Shown here: positions 1 to 12,615 of the stretch, in pieces | How positions within the stretch are numbered: position 1 is the stretch's first letter | Layout of the letters: each line of letters opens with the position of its first letter | Assembly: GCA_054600435.1 (NCBI GenBank) | Contig: BAAIJX010000001.1 | Span: 124,001 to 188,000 of the forward strand | Reading direction: 5' to 3' | Origin: Neophaeotheca triangularis | Taxonomy: Eukaryota | Length of the DNA: 64,000 nt | The notes under the pieces: model-generated | Told to the model about the DNA's origin: nothing | Database searches by the model: none | The model's input: only the letters and a program-made list of their open reading frames with translations | Translations under genes and position numbers: made by a program

Positions 1-926
1 AGCGCCGGTGTTGCCGGCACCCCGGCGTGAAATGGAGGACTGCGGGCTCCGCTGTTCAGACCATAGAGGTGCTTTACCTTGTCTATCGTGTATCGTTGAT
101 ATTAAATGTCCAAGTTCTAGACGCCGTGGCATTGCCGCATGTCGACTTCGCTACAAAGAGACTCTTGGCTGGCTCACTCAGGCCCTCACCTCGGGAAGGC
201 ATAGCGCAGCAATGACAATAATCACCGACTTTCATGCAGCCTTTAACTACCTTAGGCGGGGAGTGGCGGGGCTAGGAGTAGGAGTGTTTGGCAGACTCCA
301 TTATTATTACTACTGATATCCTGGCAAAGTCTGTCACGAGCGATGATGTTGCTTCTTCCGCACTACCTTACCTAGGTGCTGCTACTTTTTCCTGACCCTA
401 CTACTCACTAATCATTTAAGTTACTACTGTGACATGTCGGAAGATCAGGATTCAGGAGAGGGACGGGCATGGGGAATTCCTCGGATTGCGAGGCACAAAA
501 GGATCGCCGTGCTCGCGTTCCGACGCCAGGTGACGAGACTATCGTCCCTCGCGCATATTGGCTCTGATATTACCCGCTGTTATGCCCGCTACCTATACTA
601 CTCCCCTCTGTAGCAGTCATGCATGACGCTTCCTTTAGAAACGCGGTGTGTGTGTGAATGTGATGCTGTGGATGCCTTGCCTGGAATCCTCGGTTTGGAA
701 GTCATCTACCACGCAAGGCGAGCCGTTACAGTGTGACGCCGAGCCACCGGCTGCTCTACCATCAATCACAGCGAGGCTGGCTGGGTACTAGGTACACCAC
801 ACCGTACGACTGCCTTCAGCGTCTAGGAGCAGCACACGCATCCACCTCGTTTGTTGTTGATCATCAATCAGCAGGATGCATCACGGATCACCACTTCAAA
901 GCGTACTGGAGTCACTGGACACAACT

Positions 927-949
927 CGCATCGCATCGCATCGCATCGC
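927..949. repeat. (CGCAT)n pentanucleotide microsatellite
   Basis: cgcatcgcatcgcatcgcatcgc. Confidence 0.8.
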
Positions 950-2528
950 GTCTGAAGACTTGCGGATGCCTACATACAGGTCACAGCCTTGCGTTGCTCA
1001 GCCAGCCGCTACGCTCCTTCGCATTTTGCCCTTTTACGGCGACCCGTCGGCGAAGGTGTCTTGGGTGTATCTTCACGCCTTACGGATTCGGCTTCTTGTG
1101 GATGATGATTTCTGAGACAAGCCGCTAGTTGCACGCGTGTCTTAAGCTAGGTAGGTAGCATGCTGGACCGATGAAGCAATTCAGGTCACGCAGAATCGGG
1201 AAAGGACGCCGCCCGCACAAGAATCCCACATACGATCCCGGGAGACGGCGTTAGTAGGCAGTAGGTTGTGGGAAGCTAACCTCCGTATTCCACTCGCTCA
1301 AAGTGACAGCATGTACCGATAGGAGGTAGTTATGACTTTTATTGCCAGTAGTGGATCGTGAACTGTGCCGTAACTTGCCTCTGGCCTCGCGGAGGTAGAC
1401 TTTTTGCACATTGACTCGTGAAGTTTTTCTTAAATGGCCTTGGCCGCCTTGTCGTGGGCTCGCAGCCGCCCAGATCCGGCATGCGACGTTTGATCCTGTG
1501 GCGTTTTGTCCCATGGCGCGTGCATGTACGCCAGAGGCCAACGGACGCTCGATACACTGAACACTACACACACTACTTTCATGAGCCACCCTAGCTACCG
1601 TACCTTAGGTGGTGTGTGAGAGAGGGGGGGCAGGCAGAAAGCCGGCCCAATAATGGCATCCACAGGCGCAGACGAGTCATCAACGACATGCGTTACACAG
1701 TTTGACGATAGGGCTCCATCGAGCCCATGTGGCTCGGCTGAAGCGGGACACGACTTTTTTTGCATTCCAGTCGTCTCCGAGACCAAACAGCAAAACATGC
1801 GCATGCGCCGCAGGAGTCGTGCCATTAGTCTTGGTGGCTTCGCAAAGAGTAGTTGCAGCCCGGCCACGGTCGAAGTTAGGCTCGTCCCCGAAAAGAGGAG
1901 TGATGAAGTTTTTTCTTTCATCATGGGCATGGCGTGCGGCCTCGCAATCCATCATTTCTCCACCTCGACGGGGAGTAACATACCTAGTCAAAGTGCCAGG
2001 CCCAGCAGCCACGGTTCCGCCACGAAAGTATGAGCGTCACCCAATCTTGCTCATCATACGAGTCGGTACGGCCGAGGAGCAGCCCGCCGTGGGGTGGGAT
2101 TTAATCATGCTGAAGTTTCCTTATTATTATCATTATTATTGTTATGTGCGCCGCATCGGCAATCTTGGGTCGCTTGGGGACCCAGCGTGACGGAGCGAGT
2201 ACAGGATGACTACCTAATAGTTGATCCCGGAAGACTTTGGGACAAGTCATTTGGTGGCGGAGGCACAAGTGAGTTGTGAAATGCAGCGATGCGCGCGCGG
2301 CGATGCTTTGCGTAATTATTGCTGGGTTGGCTGCGTATTCGCTTTTGATTACAAGGGTATGCGTGCATGTACCTATTCTATTACCCAGTACCGTCGACCG
2401 ATGTTGCGTCTCGGCCTATTCGGCCTGCCTACCTAACGTTACCTAGTACCTTATTAGCCAGTCGCGCTTATTAGACTGCCCTGGGTGGGATTCGGATTCA
2501 TCATTCAGTAGTAGTCAGTACGCGACGA

Positions 2529-2555
2529 TAGTAGTAGTAGTAGTAGTAGTAGTAG
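2529..2555. repeat. (TAG)n microsatellite
   Basis: tagtagtagtagtagtagtagtagtag. Confidence 0.85.
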
Positions 2556-4155
2556 CGAGCCTTCTGCTCCACTGTGGCCAATCATAGCGCGTTTCCCATT
2601 ATCCAAATCCATGACAACCCGCGAATCTGGATATGCTCGTCCGCGTAGCCGTGCAAATACATACATATTGTTATCGTTGTTATTATTATTATCAGCTTTG
2701 CAGTGGTGCCACGGACCACGGTGCTGGAGGCGTGCGGCGTGCCTGTCTTAGAACCGGAGAGCCTAGGCGCGGATGATGAGACAGCAAAACAGTACGAGCG
2801 CCAAAAAGTAACTACTGATCAAACAGTCGGAAGAGGCATGGCACCGGCTAGGTAGCAAGCATACGTAGGCTGGTAGCATATACATACGTATGATACATAC
2901 ATACGGTCACATACCTCGCAGCTACCTAGAGGTTTTCTAACAAAACAACTCAAGCTGTCTGCCCTCGCCCCGACGCCCGCTTGGCGAATCAGTAACCTTC
3001 CTGACACGTTGTTGGTTGGCGATGAGCCAGCCCTTGTCGCGTGTAGTAGTAGTCACTGGTGTCGGTAGTAGTCTCGGGGTCTCGTCGCAGGGAGTATAAC
3101 TACTAGTAGTAGTAACAGTACTGGCTGGACGCGTTCCGCTGTTGTGGTCCGGTCCTGTGGAGAGGACTCGCAAAGTGCCACCCCTGGTTCAAGGTTGTCT
3201 TGTGCTGCCGTTTTAGCCTTTTGGCCCCCTCCGTACATTAACGTTAGTTGTAGACTTGTAGTGGTAGTAGTAGTAGTAAGGTACTACTAACAGACCGGGC
3301 AGTTGGCAGTAGTGGTAGCTAGTAGCCCCAGCTTAGCTTTCTTGAGCCTGTTCTGTTCGGCGGCGCCTTCTCCTCTCTTCCCATCCCATCATCGTCAATC
3401 TCACTACTCAATCCAGCCATAACCTAAGCCTCCCTGAACACGGACGGACACCCGCTTTTCTCGCTTCAAATCAACCTCTCGCCGTTGGCCGTTGGCCATG
3501 GCCATGGCCATGACTTCTAAACCCAGACCAACATGTACTGCCGCCTAGCCCTTAGGGGCCGTCTCTGCTATACGTATGCATGCGCTATGGTGTGGGACCT
3601 TTGCGTTTGCAACTGACTACCTACCTACCTACCACCTGCCTTGCCTTACCTTACTACTGTCCCGTCGCCTCGTGCGTGGGCCATTCCTCTGCACTCTCCT
3701 TGCGTGGGACCATCAACAACCGAAGTCGACCTCACTCACCTCACCTCACCTCACCATCTCCTTCCAGAACCTTGTTGATTGTTGTCACAGCCCTGCCGCC
3801 CGCCTCTCGCCTCTCGCCTCTCACCTCCCACCTCCCTCCTCGTCTGGCCTCAGTATCTACCTACCTTACCTTACCTACCCAACTAGTGCATCGACCGGGG
3901 TCCTCCTCCTTCCAAGCTTCACTTTCCATACGCCTCTCCCACCGCATCCTTCTCCCGCCTGTCATTCCTTCCTCCTTACCTTACTCTCTCTTCCTCTTCT
4001 TCTTCTTCTTCTTCTCATAGATCCTCCCTACCTACCTCTCCGCACCTCTCTGACCCCTCACCACCTTCCAATCCCTGCGTGTCAGGATCCAATGACGCTC
4101 ACGGGCAATGCTCCATAGCTCACCTCACCACCGACCCACCTGATCCTGCTCCCTC

Positions 4156-6209
4156 ATGACTACCACCAGCATACTCCCGCAGCCGCTCCGAGCCATGTAC
4201 GCTGATACCGCCATTCACTTCCGGGATCCTTTTGCCCACGACACCCGCAGAGCAGCTCAGACAGATCGACCTGGAAGCCGACAGCGCGTTCCTACTACCC
4301 GAGCTCTTGCACCCCCATTCGACATGAATGGCCTCTCGCAACACAGCACCAAGCTTCCCAATCTACTTCAAGAGCATGGAAATGTGAGCGGTTACGGCGA
4401 CAAACTGCACCACTACTACCAGGCCCCTTCTCGACCTGCAGCTCCAGCATACATGCCTCCGCAAGTTAGTAATACCGAATACGGCCGCTATGGGCAGGCT
4501 CAAGGAAGAGTCAGCCGGCCGGCTTCGCCCAACCTCTCAGCTTCGAAGCCTGGCGCTTTCGACACTCAGAGCCAGTCCCAGTCCCGTAGAGGTTCTCAGA
4601 ACACCTCGATAGCTCCATCTTTCCAAATACCGAGAAGCGTCAACGACAGCGGAGGAAGCCTGGCTGAACTTGCAGCGCAGGTGAGTAGCTCTCATTGGTC
4701 CAGGTTTCCTCTCCCACCTCTAACAGCCGGCGGCATTAGATCACATGCCTTTTCTGGTTCGAATCTTCTGATCTCCTGAAGCAAGTGGAAAGCTCGCCGG
4801 ACGCCATCACCCCACCAAGGAAGCTCATCCCTGAAGCAACTCCAAGTACCGGCTTCAAGAAGTTTGTCACGACCCTCCTTTCGACTACCATGGTGGCCCA
4901 GAACGTTGTTCTTTTGGCTCTCTTGTTTATCTACAGGCTCAAGAAGCTCAACGTTGGTGTTCGCGGGAAGGAAGGGAGTGAATTCAGGTTGTTGACTGTA
5001 GCACTCATGCTCGGCAACAAGTTTCTCGACGACAACACCTACACGAACAAGACATGGGCGGAAGTCTCTGGGATCAATGTTGGCGAAGTGCACATCATGG
5101 AGGTGGAGTTCTTGAGCAACATGAAGTACTGCCTCTTTACTTCTGCCGAAGACTGGTCACAATGGCAGTCGTTGCTCGGCAGATTTGCTGCATTCTTTGA
5201 CCGAGCCACGAGAGTCCAGTCTACATACCTGCCGGCTCCCGTTCTCCCGCCAGCTTCGTCCCTACATCTTCCGATGACGCTTCCGTCACCACCGGCATCC
5301 AACCAGGCCTCGCCTCCTTTCGGTGGGGAGCAATCTCACGGCGGTTACCCTTACTACGCTGCGAGCCAGCATGGGCCTACACCTGCCCCTTCACCTCTGA
5401 CAGCAATGCCCTTGAACGGTATGCAGGGTCAGCAAAGTAGCCAGCCCCAAAGTCGAAAACGAAGCCATGACGACTTCGCAGCAGAGCCCTCAGCGAAGCG
5501 GGCTGCGACGGAATCGCGCTTTGGCTCGCCGCGACATCAACCAAACACAACAATGCCAGCTCATGCCAACCAGCCAGTTCCTCGCCTTACTCTGCCAAGC
5601 ATGTCGTTACCGCCAAGTCAGAACTCTGCTACCGCCTACAGCACACATTCTCACCAACAGCTACCACCACTGGTCGTTCCGAACCGAGCCATGGCCATGG
5701 TGTACCCAAGTGGACACTCACAGAGCACCACACCGCAGCCGTTTGCCGCCTCGGGAACCGCTTTACAACCGCGCTCCTCATATCAGTCCCGCCAGCATAG
5801 TCCATGTGATACGTCAGCAGGAGCTTCACCAAGTAGCCACCTGCCTAGATCGGCGACAAGCACGCTGCATCCTACTTCACAGATTTCGCCATCCTACTTT
5901 TTGCAGCAGCGAAATTCTCCTTACAGGCCGGTACACAACGTAAATACCTTGCTACACCCTCCCCCGTCTGCAGCCATGCAACATCGGTCCCGAAATGTCG
6001 ACTACAATCAGATGCACTACCAGCCCATCGGCAAAGCAAGCCAGCAAAGACAAAGTGGGCGGCTCCCTTACATTGCGCAGAACATCTGGCTCGACGGCAA
6101 TCACCAGCAGGCCATGACACCGGTCTCCCAGTGGAGCGGTTTCCAACACCTCTCTCAACAACCACAGCACCAGTCACAAACGTCGATGCCTCAGCAGCAA
6201 CAGGGCTAG
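4156..6209 (+). CDS. CLG1: Clg1-like cyclin (Pho80/Pcl family); exons 4156-4680, 4740-6209
   Basis: SLAELAAQ|ITCLFWFES joined across intron 4681-4739 (GTGAGT..CTAAC..TAG); cyclin box GSEFRLLTVALMLGNKFLDDNTYTNKTWAEVSG..MEVEFL. Confidence 0.85.
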
Positions 6210-6416
6210 GCACCCGTGCACTTTGGCAGTGATTTGTGGTTGTTCGACACCCCCTTTTCGACTTTCTTCTAGTCAACCCCCGACTTGCACACTATGTGGC
6301 AAGCTTAGCGAACATTCTTCTTTGCAGCGTTCAGAGCACTTTGCTTGCATGCATGGCGGACCGGCGTTTTATACCTCTCCACACTCGAGGCGTGGATGAA
6401 TATCTTGTGGGAGCAT

Positions 6417-6443
6417 ATCATCATCATCATCATCATCATCATC
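6417..6443. repeat. (ATC)n microsatellite downstream of CLG1
   Basis: atcatcatcatcatcatcatcatc. Confidence 0.85.
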
Positions 6444-7983
6444 TGAGTATGGCCAAGACTACTGCCATCAGAGAATATCAGTATTACCGAGGAAGGAAGG
6501 GTGGTCATCACGGGCTAAATGGCTCGATGAGTACCTCGTTTGAAAGCCGCAAGAATGGCGTCTAGAGGACGTACTATCCTGTGGTGTGGGTCACTGCTAG
6601 TGAGACTTATTATACCAATACCAATCACCATTACCCTCACACTAGGATCTACCTATATATATGTATCTCATAATGCCGAATACCTGTAATGTCTGCGCAC
6701 TCAACTTGGGTGCTTGGCAGTCTGTGCTTGCACAACATCATGTACTATGATATTATGCACTGCCTGACTAATCGCCAAGTCATCGCTCTTGTCTAGTCAA
6801 TCAACTGAGACCTGATCCAACTTTGGCCTTGCTCTTGACTAGCCTAGTCTGCCGGCCTTTTGTCCATGGCCTCCAGATATCAAAACTACTCCCCCACCCC
6901 AGCGGAACTCAAGAGGGGTGCTAGAAGCGATGAAGCTGAGAAGCATGGCTGATTGAGCTTCAGACTAGGACGTCAGGGTGAGGAGGTGACGGCTGGGTAG
7001 TATACGAACCATCCCGGTCGCACGAGCTGTCGATGTAATTCACCTGACACCAAACGATTAATAAATATTGCTAGGGTAGTTCGTGGAATGGCTGATCATT
7101 TCGGAGAGAGGCCAACGCCAGCTGCTTGGTGACTGCCGAGGTTTCAAAACGTAGGTATTGGGCAAACGGACGATGGGCTCAAAAGGGTTGCTTGCTTGCT
7201 TGCTGGGAAGAGTCGGGTGTTTTCGTGTCTTGGCTCTTTCTTTTGCCCTTGCTAGCTAGCTTACTTTGCTATCGAGGATGGGGGCGGGAAGGAAGAGAGG
7301 GTCCCCGGCGGAGGGGGAGGGGGTTTTATCATCTGAGTTTATTCTTGGTGTCAGGCTCCTTGTTCACTCACCCTGGGCAATGCTACGTACATCGCCTGTC
7401 GTTTCTTGGATTTTTTCATTTGTATCCCTTGTTTCTCGACTTTTATCGTTTGGGCAAGGCTGGGTTCTAGAGACGGTGCGGCGGTGTGAAGGTTGACTGA
7501 CTGTAGAATGTTTTTGACAGGCGCAGAGCGCTTTGTCGCAGCAATAATAAGTACTAGGCCACGGCTGCGGCGTCTGCTGGAGACAGCCTGGATTTCCACT
7601 CGATCTTGGCGTCTTGAGGGTCAGGGTTTGGGTAATATCTCTCACCAGTGTTCAGGGATAGTAAGGTAAGGTTAAGCTGAAGTCCGATCGCAGGGGTTGC
7701 TGCTTGCGGTTTGTGTCTGGTGTCCAGCTCCGCTGCAAGGTAGTCAAGGCGTGGGTGGCAGTGGAGGCTTTGTTTCGTACGTGGACAACTGGAAGACTGC
7801 TGGTCTGAACCATAGAGTGCAATCTGTTGAGATTCCCGCAGGGATATAAACTTTTACTGGCGACATGTTTTGGCCTCGCGGTTGAAGAACAGCGACGGTG
7901 TGGAATAATTGCAACAAGCTACGTAGCGTAGCAATAAGGCTGAGCCGCTCCCCTGCGCAAAATTATCAACCAAGGCCTCTCGT

Positions 7984-9087
7984 CTAAACCCCAGCCATTG
8001 GTTCTTGGTGTCCCGACTCGTCCCCCTCCGCCTTTTCCCCGTCGTCGTTGGTAGCAACCAGGCCACTGACTCCAGCCACCAGACCTTGAGCATCCTCAAC
8101 ATCTTGAGACGCCGAGTCATCAGACACCGCAACCTGCGCACTATCCCCGCCGCTAACACCCTTGACAGCCTTCTCGACCGCCGCAACGATCATCGCCTGT
8201 AATTCATCGACCGTCACGGGGATCGACACGCGGCTCTGCCCTGGAAAGACGTGAGCCATGCTACTGTCGAAAGCGGGAGACATAATACTAAGCATCGGGT
8301 CGATCTGCCCACCCGTCTCAGTGGTAGGTGTCGCTGCCGGTGTCGGGGTGCAGACTCTTGAGCTGACGAATCGTGGCTGGTGGTCCGGGACAACTGGCTC
8401 GTACGGGGGACAAGACGCGGAAGCTTGCATGTCCTCCATAATTGACGTTGACGGCGCGCTCGTGGGAGCCTGACGCATTGGTTGGGTTTGGGCGCGGCGC
8501 AGCGAGTAGCGTTCGGCACCACCACGATCCATGCGCTTTGGTGAGTAGGGGGTTTGACGGTGTATTTTGTCTTTGTTGCGTGGAAGGCTCTTGAGTGGGC
8601 GGGCGGATGAGCCGGATTGGACGGGGGTGCCGATGAAGTGACCGTCGCGGTGGAAGCCTATCGAGGGCGCCGAGTGTGATGGCTGATGATGAGGATGGTT
8701 GTCAGGCGGCTCCGAAACGGATCGACGATGAGATCCGAGGAAGTGTGCTGAGTGGCCGACCTGACGTAGCGGAGTCGAGTTGGTAGGGACTGGTTGTAGA
8801 TCGTAGTAGGGGGAAGGAAATCCAGGACTACCGAAGTCAGGGTAGGTGAAGTCGTCAGTGCTAAGGTTCGCCTCGAAAGCTTGATCGTTGTAGACGGAGT
8901 GGAAGGAGCTTGCAGGAGATGGTGGGTTGCTGAGAACCATGCGCGGGTCGATTGATGTACCATTTCCAAAGTTGGCGTTGAAGTCTTGAAGGGCAGAGAG
9001 CTCGCCGTGACTGTTGTCCGTGGCTTTCTGCCAATTTTCCTCGAAGCCGGAATGATTGAAGGATCCGCCAGCGACGTCGCAAGACAT
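7984..9087 (-). CDS. hypothetical Ser/Pro-rich, probably disordered protein (367 aa)
   Basis: Long ATG-initiated ORF with good start context (CACCATG); HRRSVSEPP motif; no recognised domain. Confidence 0.7.
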   Translation of the reverse strand: MSCDVAGGSFNHSGFEENWQKATDNSHGELSALQDFNANFGNGTSIDPRMVLSNPPSPASSFHSVYNDQAFEANLSTDDFTYPDFGSPGFPSPYYDLQPVPTNSTPLRQVGHSAHFLGSHRRSVSEPPDNHPHHQPSHSAPSIGFHRDGHFIGTPVQSGSSARPLKSLPRNKDKIHRQTPYSPKRMDRGGAERYSLRRAQTQPMRQAPTSAPSTSIMEDMQASASCPPYEPVVPDHQPRFVSSRVCTPTPAATPTTETGGQIDPMLSIMSPAFDSSMAHVFPGQSRVSIPVTVDELQAMIVAAVEKAVKGVSGGDSAQVAVSDDSASQDVEDAQGLVAGVSGLVATNDDGEKAEGDESGHQEPMAGV

Positions 9088-9567
9088 GGTGGTGATAGCG
9101 AGCTTGCCTCTGATTTTGCGGTACGTAAAGAGGTAGGAACTACTGTTCGTGCGACCCGTTCGCAGATATCAATAGTTCGCAGAAGCGTTCGCATGACGGC
9201 TGACCGCCGATTCTTTGTTCGCAGTATCGAAACGTGGGGTCGAGTGAGACATGCCTCCTGTCTTACTCGTAGACAGCTGGGCGGTGCAAAAGTGGCAATC
9301 CAAACTCCACGCAGTCCAGACACGCAGCGGTGACGGGCTAGATTCAGTGCCATTGGCCAACTCATCCCAGGAAATGCGAATGCTGATGCCCATTGAGAGA
9401 CAGCCCGAGCTCTTTACGCTTTCTAATGCATAGTTGAGCATGTCTCGGTGCAGATACCCGTAGTGTCGACCCGGCGATGCGTGAAATCATGCCGAATCCC
9501 GCCATTCGGAAAGAGTTCGCAACACGTGTTCCAACGCTCTAAATGATGCAAGGCATAACGTTGGTTC

Positions 9568-10746
9568 TTAGGTCGAGTAGCTGATTTGGAGGCCAACATT
9601 ACCAAGCATACGATCCTTGCTCTTCATGTCGAGGTTTGCTCCCACACCCACTAGCAATTCGTTGATCTTGCCCTCCCAAAGCAATCCGACCTTTCCATTC
9701 TGATCGGTTCTCGCCTTGATCACACTTTCCAACTCGTCCTTCATTGCATCGCCCCATTCTGGTCTGAGCAGTTTCCTAGCCCAGACTACGTCCTCAGGAG
9801 CGAGTTTCCGCCTCGAAAGTTCCATACCCACGACGACGTCGCTCTCATAAGAATACCAGTTGAAATCGAATCTTGAGCATAGCGCGAGGTTTGGACCAGC
9901 CTTCACAGCATATGTAGCGCTTAAATTACCCATGAGTGGGTTCATAGTGCATGTCATTGTGTAGGGAAAGCCTGTATGGACGGGCAAAGTTGCGAAACGC
10001 AGGCCTGCGCTCACTCCGGCGCTCTTGTTCCTGGGGCTGAAGTACGCCTCGGCGCCGGCGCTCAATCGTCCATTCTGATGTTCCCAGAGATGCGTAGGAT
10101 GGTCCGTTGGCTCGTTGTAAGATGTTCGTGGGTCAAACCCAAAGTTGTAGAGTCCTCTAACTCCCAACAGTGCAGAGTCGGTAGAATAGAGGTACTCTGT
10201 GCTATACTTGCCATAGTCGTTCTGCAGGAGAGCAAGAGCGGTACCGCCGTTTGGAAGTGCACTGCCGGAGACACAATTGATTTTTAATAATCTGGTTGGC
10301 GAGATGCGTCGAAGGTAAAGAGCTTCCAGAGTACTGCTCGGCAGATACATGCGACCGTACAGCAAGGCATCTTTGCGATCGACACGTTTGCCATCCTGCC
10401 ACAGCTCGTTCCAGTGCAGATCTTCCGGCCTCGTGAGTTCCCGTAGACGTTTGTAGCCGGGGATCAAGTTTCGAAGGGGTATCTGGATGCTCTTACTCTC
10501 AAGGTTCAGATTGAGACTAGAGTACAGGAAGCTGAGACTGCCATCTACGAGACCTTGACTGCCGACAGTATAGCTAGTGGCAAAGTTTGGACTGCTAAGA
10601 CTCGAAACGTGCAATGCAATACCTCGTGGCGTGTGGAAGTCCAGAAGAGAATGGACGGTATTGTTCAATGTGGCATAGCTGTTGTCCACGTTCCAGCGTG
10701 AGGCCGAGAAGAAGGCCGCTTGAACGTAATCCATGAACTCCAACAT
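9568..10746 (-). CDS. MDM10: mitochondrial distribution and morphology protein 10 (ERMES/SAM beta-barrel)
   Basis: MLEFMDYVQ..WNVDNSY..LLDF start; LLYGRMYLP; NPLMG; CSRFDFNWYSYESD; C-terminal GLQISYS. Confidence 0.95.
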   Translation of the reverse strand: MLEFMDYVQAAFFSASRWNVDNSYATLNNTVHSLLDFHTPRGIALHVSSLSSPNFATSYTVGSQGLVDGSLSFLYSSLNLNLESKSIQIPLRNLIPGYKRLRELTRPEDLHWNELWQDGKRVDRKDALLYGRMYLPSSTLEALYLRRISPTRLLKINCVSGSALPNGGTALALLQNDYGKYSTEYLYSTDSALLGVRGLYNFGFDPRTSYNEPTDHPTHLWEHQNGRLSAGAEAYFSPRNKSAGVSAGLRFATLPVHTGFPYTMTCTMNPLMGNLSATYAVKAGPNLALCSRFDFNWYSYESDVVVGMELSRRKLAPEDVVWARKLLRPEWGDAMKDELESVIKARTDQNGKVGLLWEGKINELLVGVGANLDMKSKDRMLGNVGLQISYST

Positions 10747-11050
10747 GGTGAATTTTCAGCAGGATATCATCGCGATATCTCCATAGTACCAGAAGACTCT
10801 CAAACGTCGCTCGATTTGTTGCAGAGTTCGCTATCTCGTCGAGGTTGTCAGGAAAGCTCGGAAGGCTTCATTCACCGTTTCTGAACAGGAGAAACGACCA
10901 GCTGCCATGTACATGTTAGCGTCAGCTTATCGATACGCACGGACTGCGACTTTTCTCAGATCGCAGTATTATTTCCTCGAGCTCACATGCAACATAGTTC
11001 TTGCGCTACTCTATACAACATACCCATAACAAACACACTCCACCGCCAAA

Positions 11051-11776
11051 ATGCCGAGATCAAAGCGCAGCAAGGTCATTCACACGTCCGTTGTGCAGAA
11101 GAAGGCGCCCAAAGAAAACTCCGCGCGCCTGTACGAGCTCATCCAGGAAGCCGCAGAAAATTACCAGCACATCTTTACCTTCTCCGTCGAGAACATGCGC
11201 AACACCTACCTCAAAGATGTTCGCCAACACTTTTCCGACTCGCGCATCTTCTTCGGCAAAACAAAGGTCATGGCGAAAGCGCTGGGCACAACCCCCGAGG
11301 ACGAACATCTACCTGGGCTATCGAAGTTGAAGGGATTCTTTGAGGGCAGCATTGGTCTGCTGTGCACGAATCAGCCACCGACCGAGGTGCTTGAGTATTT
11401 CAGTAACTACGCAGTTGTCGACTTTGCGCGTGCAGGAGCAGAGGCTGCAAGGACAGTGGTGGTACCGGAGGGGGTGGTGTACAGCAGGGCTGGGGAGGTT
11501 GCGCCTGAGGACGATGTGCCCCTCCCGCATAGCTTGGAAGTGACAGTGCGGAAATGGGGGATGCCGACGCGGCTGGACAAGGGGAAGGTCATGCTCGACG
11601 TGCCGTACACACTGTGTGACGAGGGCAAAGTGCTCAACTCGCACCAGACGGCACTGCTGAAGCTGTTCGGAATCGCGATGGCCGAGTTTAGTGTCAAGGT
11701 GCTTGCCTACTGGAGTGCTGCGGAACAGGATGTGACGGTTGTGGATGAGGAAAGCGCGGGCATGGTTACTGATTAA
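11051..11776 (+). CDS. MRT4: ribosome assembly factor Mrt4 (uL10 paralog)
   Basis: MPRSKRSK; VENMRNTYLKDVR; FFGKTKVMAKALG; DFARAG; QTALLKLFG. Confidence 0.95.
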   Translation: MPRSKRSKVIHTSVVQKKAPKENSARLYELIQEAAENYQHIFTFSVENMRNTYLKDVRQHFSDSRIFFGKTKVMAKALGTTPEDEHLPGLSKLKGFFEGSIGLLCTNQPPTEVLEYFSNYAVVDFARAGAEAARTVVVPEGVVYSRAGEVAPEDDVPLPHSLEVTVRKWGMPTRLDKGKVMLDVPYTLCDEGKVLNSHQTALLKLFGIAMAEFSVKVLAYWSAAEQDVTVVDEESAGMVTD

Positions 11777-12009
11777 GAGTTTCAAAGTGTGGTTTTGGGG
11801 TTAGACGAAACGTTGAGCATTTGAGGCGTTCTTATGGAGTTTACCCAGCTATATATGCTAGAGTATCCCCAGCGAGGCGTTGGCGGAGTTGAAATGTACC
11901 CCGTGCCTTCATTGGCTGTTTGCGAGTGCAACAATGCCTCTACCTCGTAACTGCTGCAACGCTTCCCATGTCTGCTCACAAAAGCCACCGTAACACCGCC
12001 CACGTCAAA

Positions 12010-12615
12010 CTACGATTCGGTCGTAAGCTTGGCCTTGCCGTTGGTAACCTTAACACCGAGCTCCTTGGCGCGAGAGACGATCTCTATCCTCTTCCTAGCA
12101 GAGACGGCGTGGCCGATCCTTCGTACGGCATTAGCCAGTGACCCAGTTTATACCACCCCCAGTAGATCCAGAAACTTACTCTGCGGCGTAGGTCTTGTTG
12201 TGCATGAGGAGAAGGTCGAGGTCGCGGGTGTTGTTGACGAGGAAGGCCTTGTGGCCGGAGGGCATCATGTGGCGGGTCTTCCTGTTGCTACCGTAGCCGA
12301 TCTGGAGACGCAATCGCATCAGTATCACCGTTCTTGTACAACTCCTCACTCCATTCTCCTCTGTTTTGTTTTCCTTCCTCCGCTGGCTATGTAGCTCTTT
12401 TTGCAGCTCTTCCCCAAAAGAACCCCTTCCCTGGTGTGAGTCCAACGCACCTTTGGCATGGCAGCCTGGCCAGAGAAACGTCTCCTGACGGCATTGTCGA
12501 TACCCTTTGGCTTCCTCCAGCTGGGTCCAACGCACTTGAAGCGGTCGGACTGGTGGCGGTTGAAGCGCGCGGTGCGCTTCTTCACAATCGGGACGTGCTT
12601 CTTTGCGGCGACCAT
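12010..12615 (-). CDS. RPL32: 60S ribosomal protein eL32; exons 12615-12451, 12301-12180, 12118-12010
   Basis: [56 protein letters not shown]; splice sites read directly from the sequence. Confidence 0.97.

Noticed and set aside
3576..4118. 180-aa Leu/Pro/Ser-rich ORF upstream of CLG1
   Set aside because: Translation of a CT-rich promoter/UTR tract; no protein-like features
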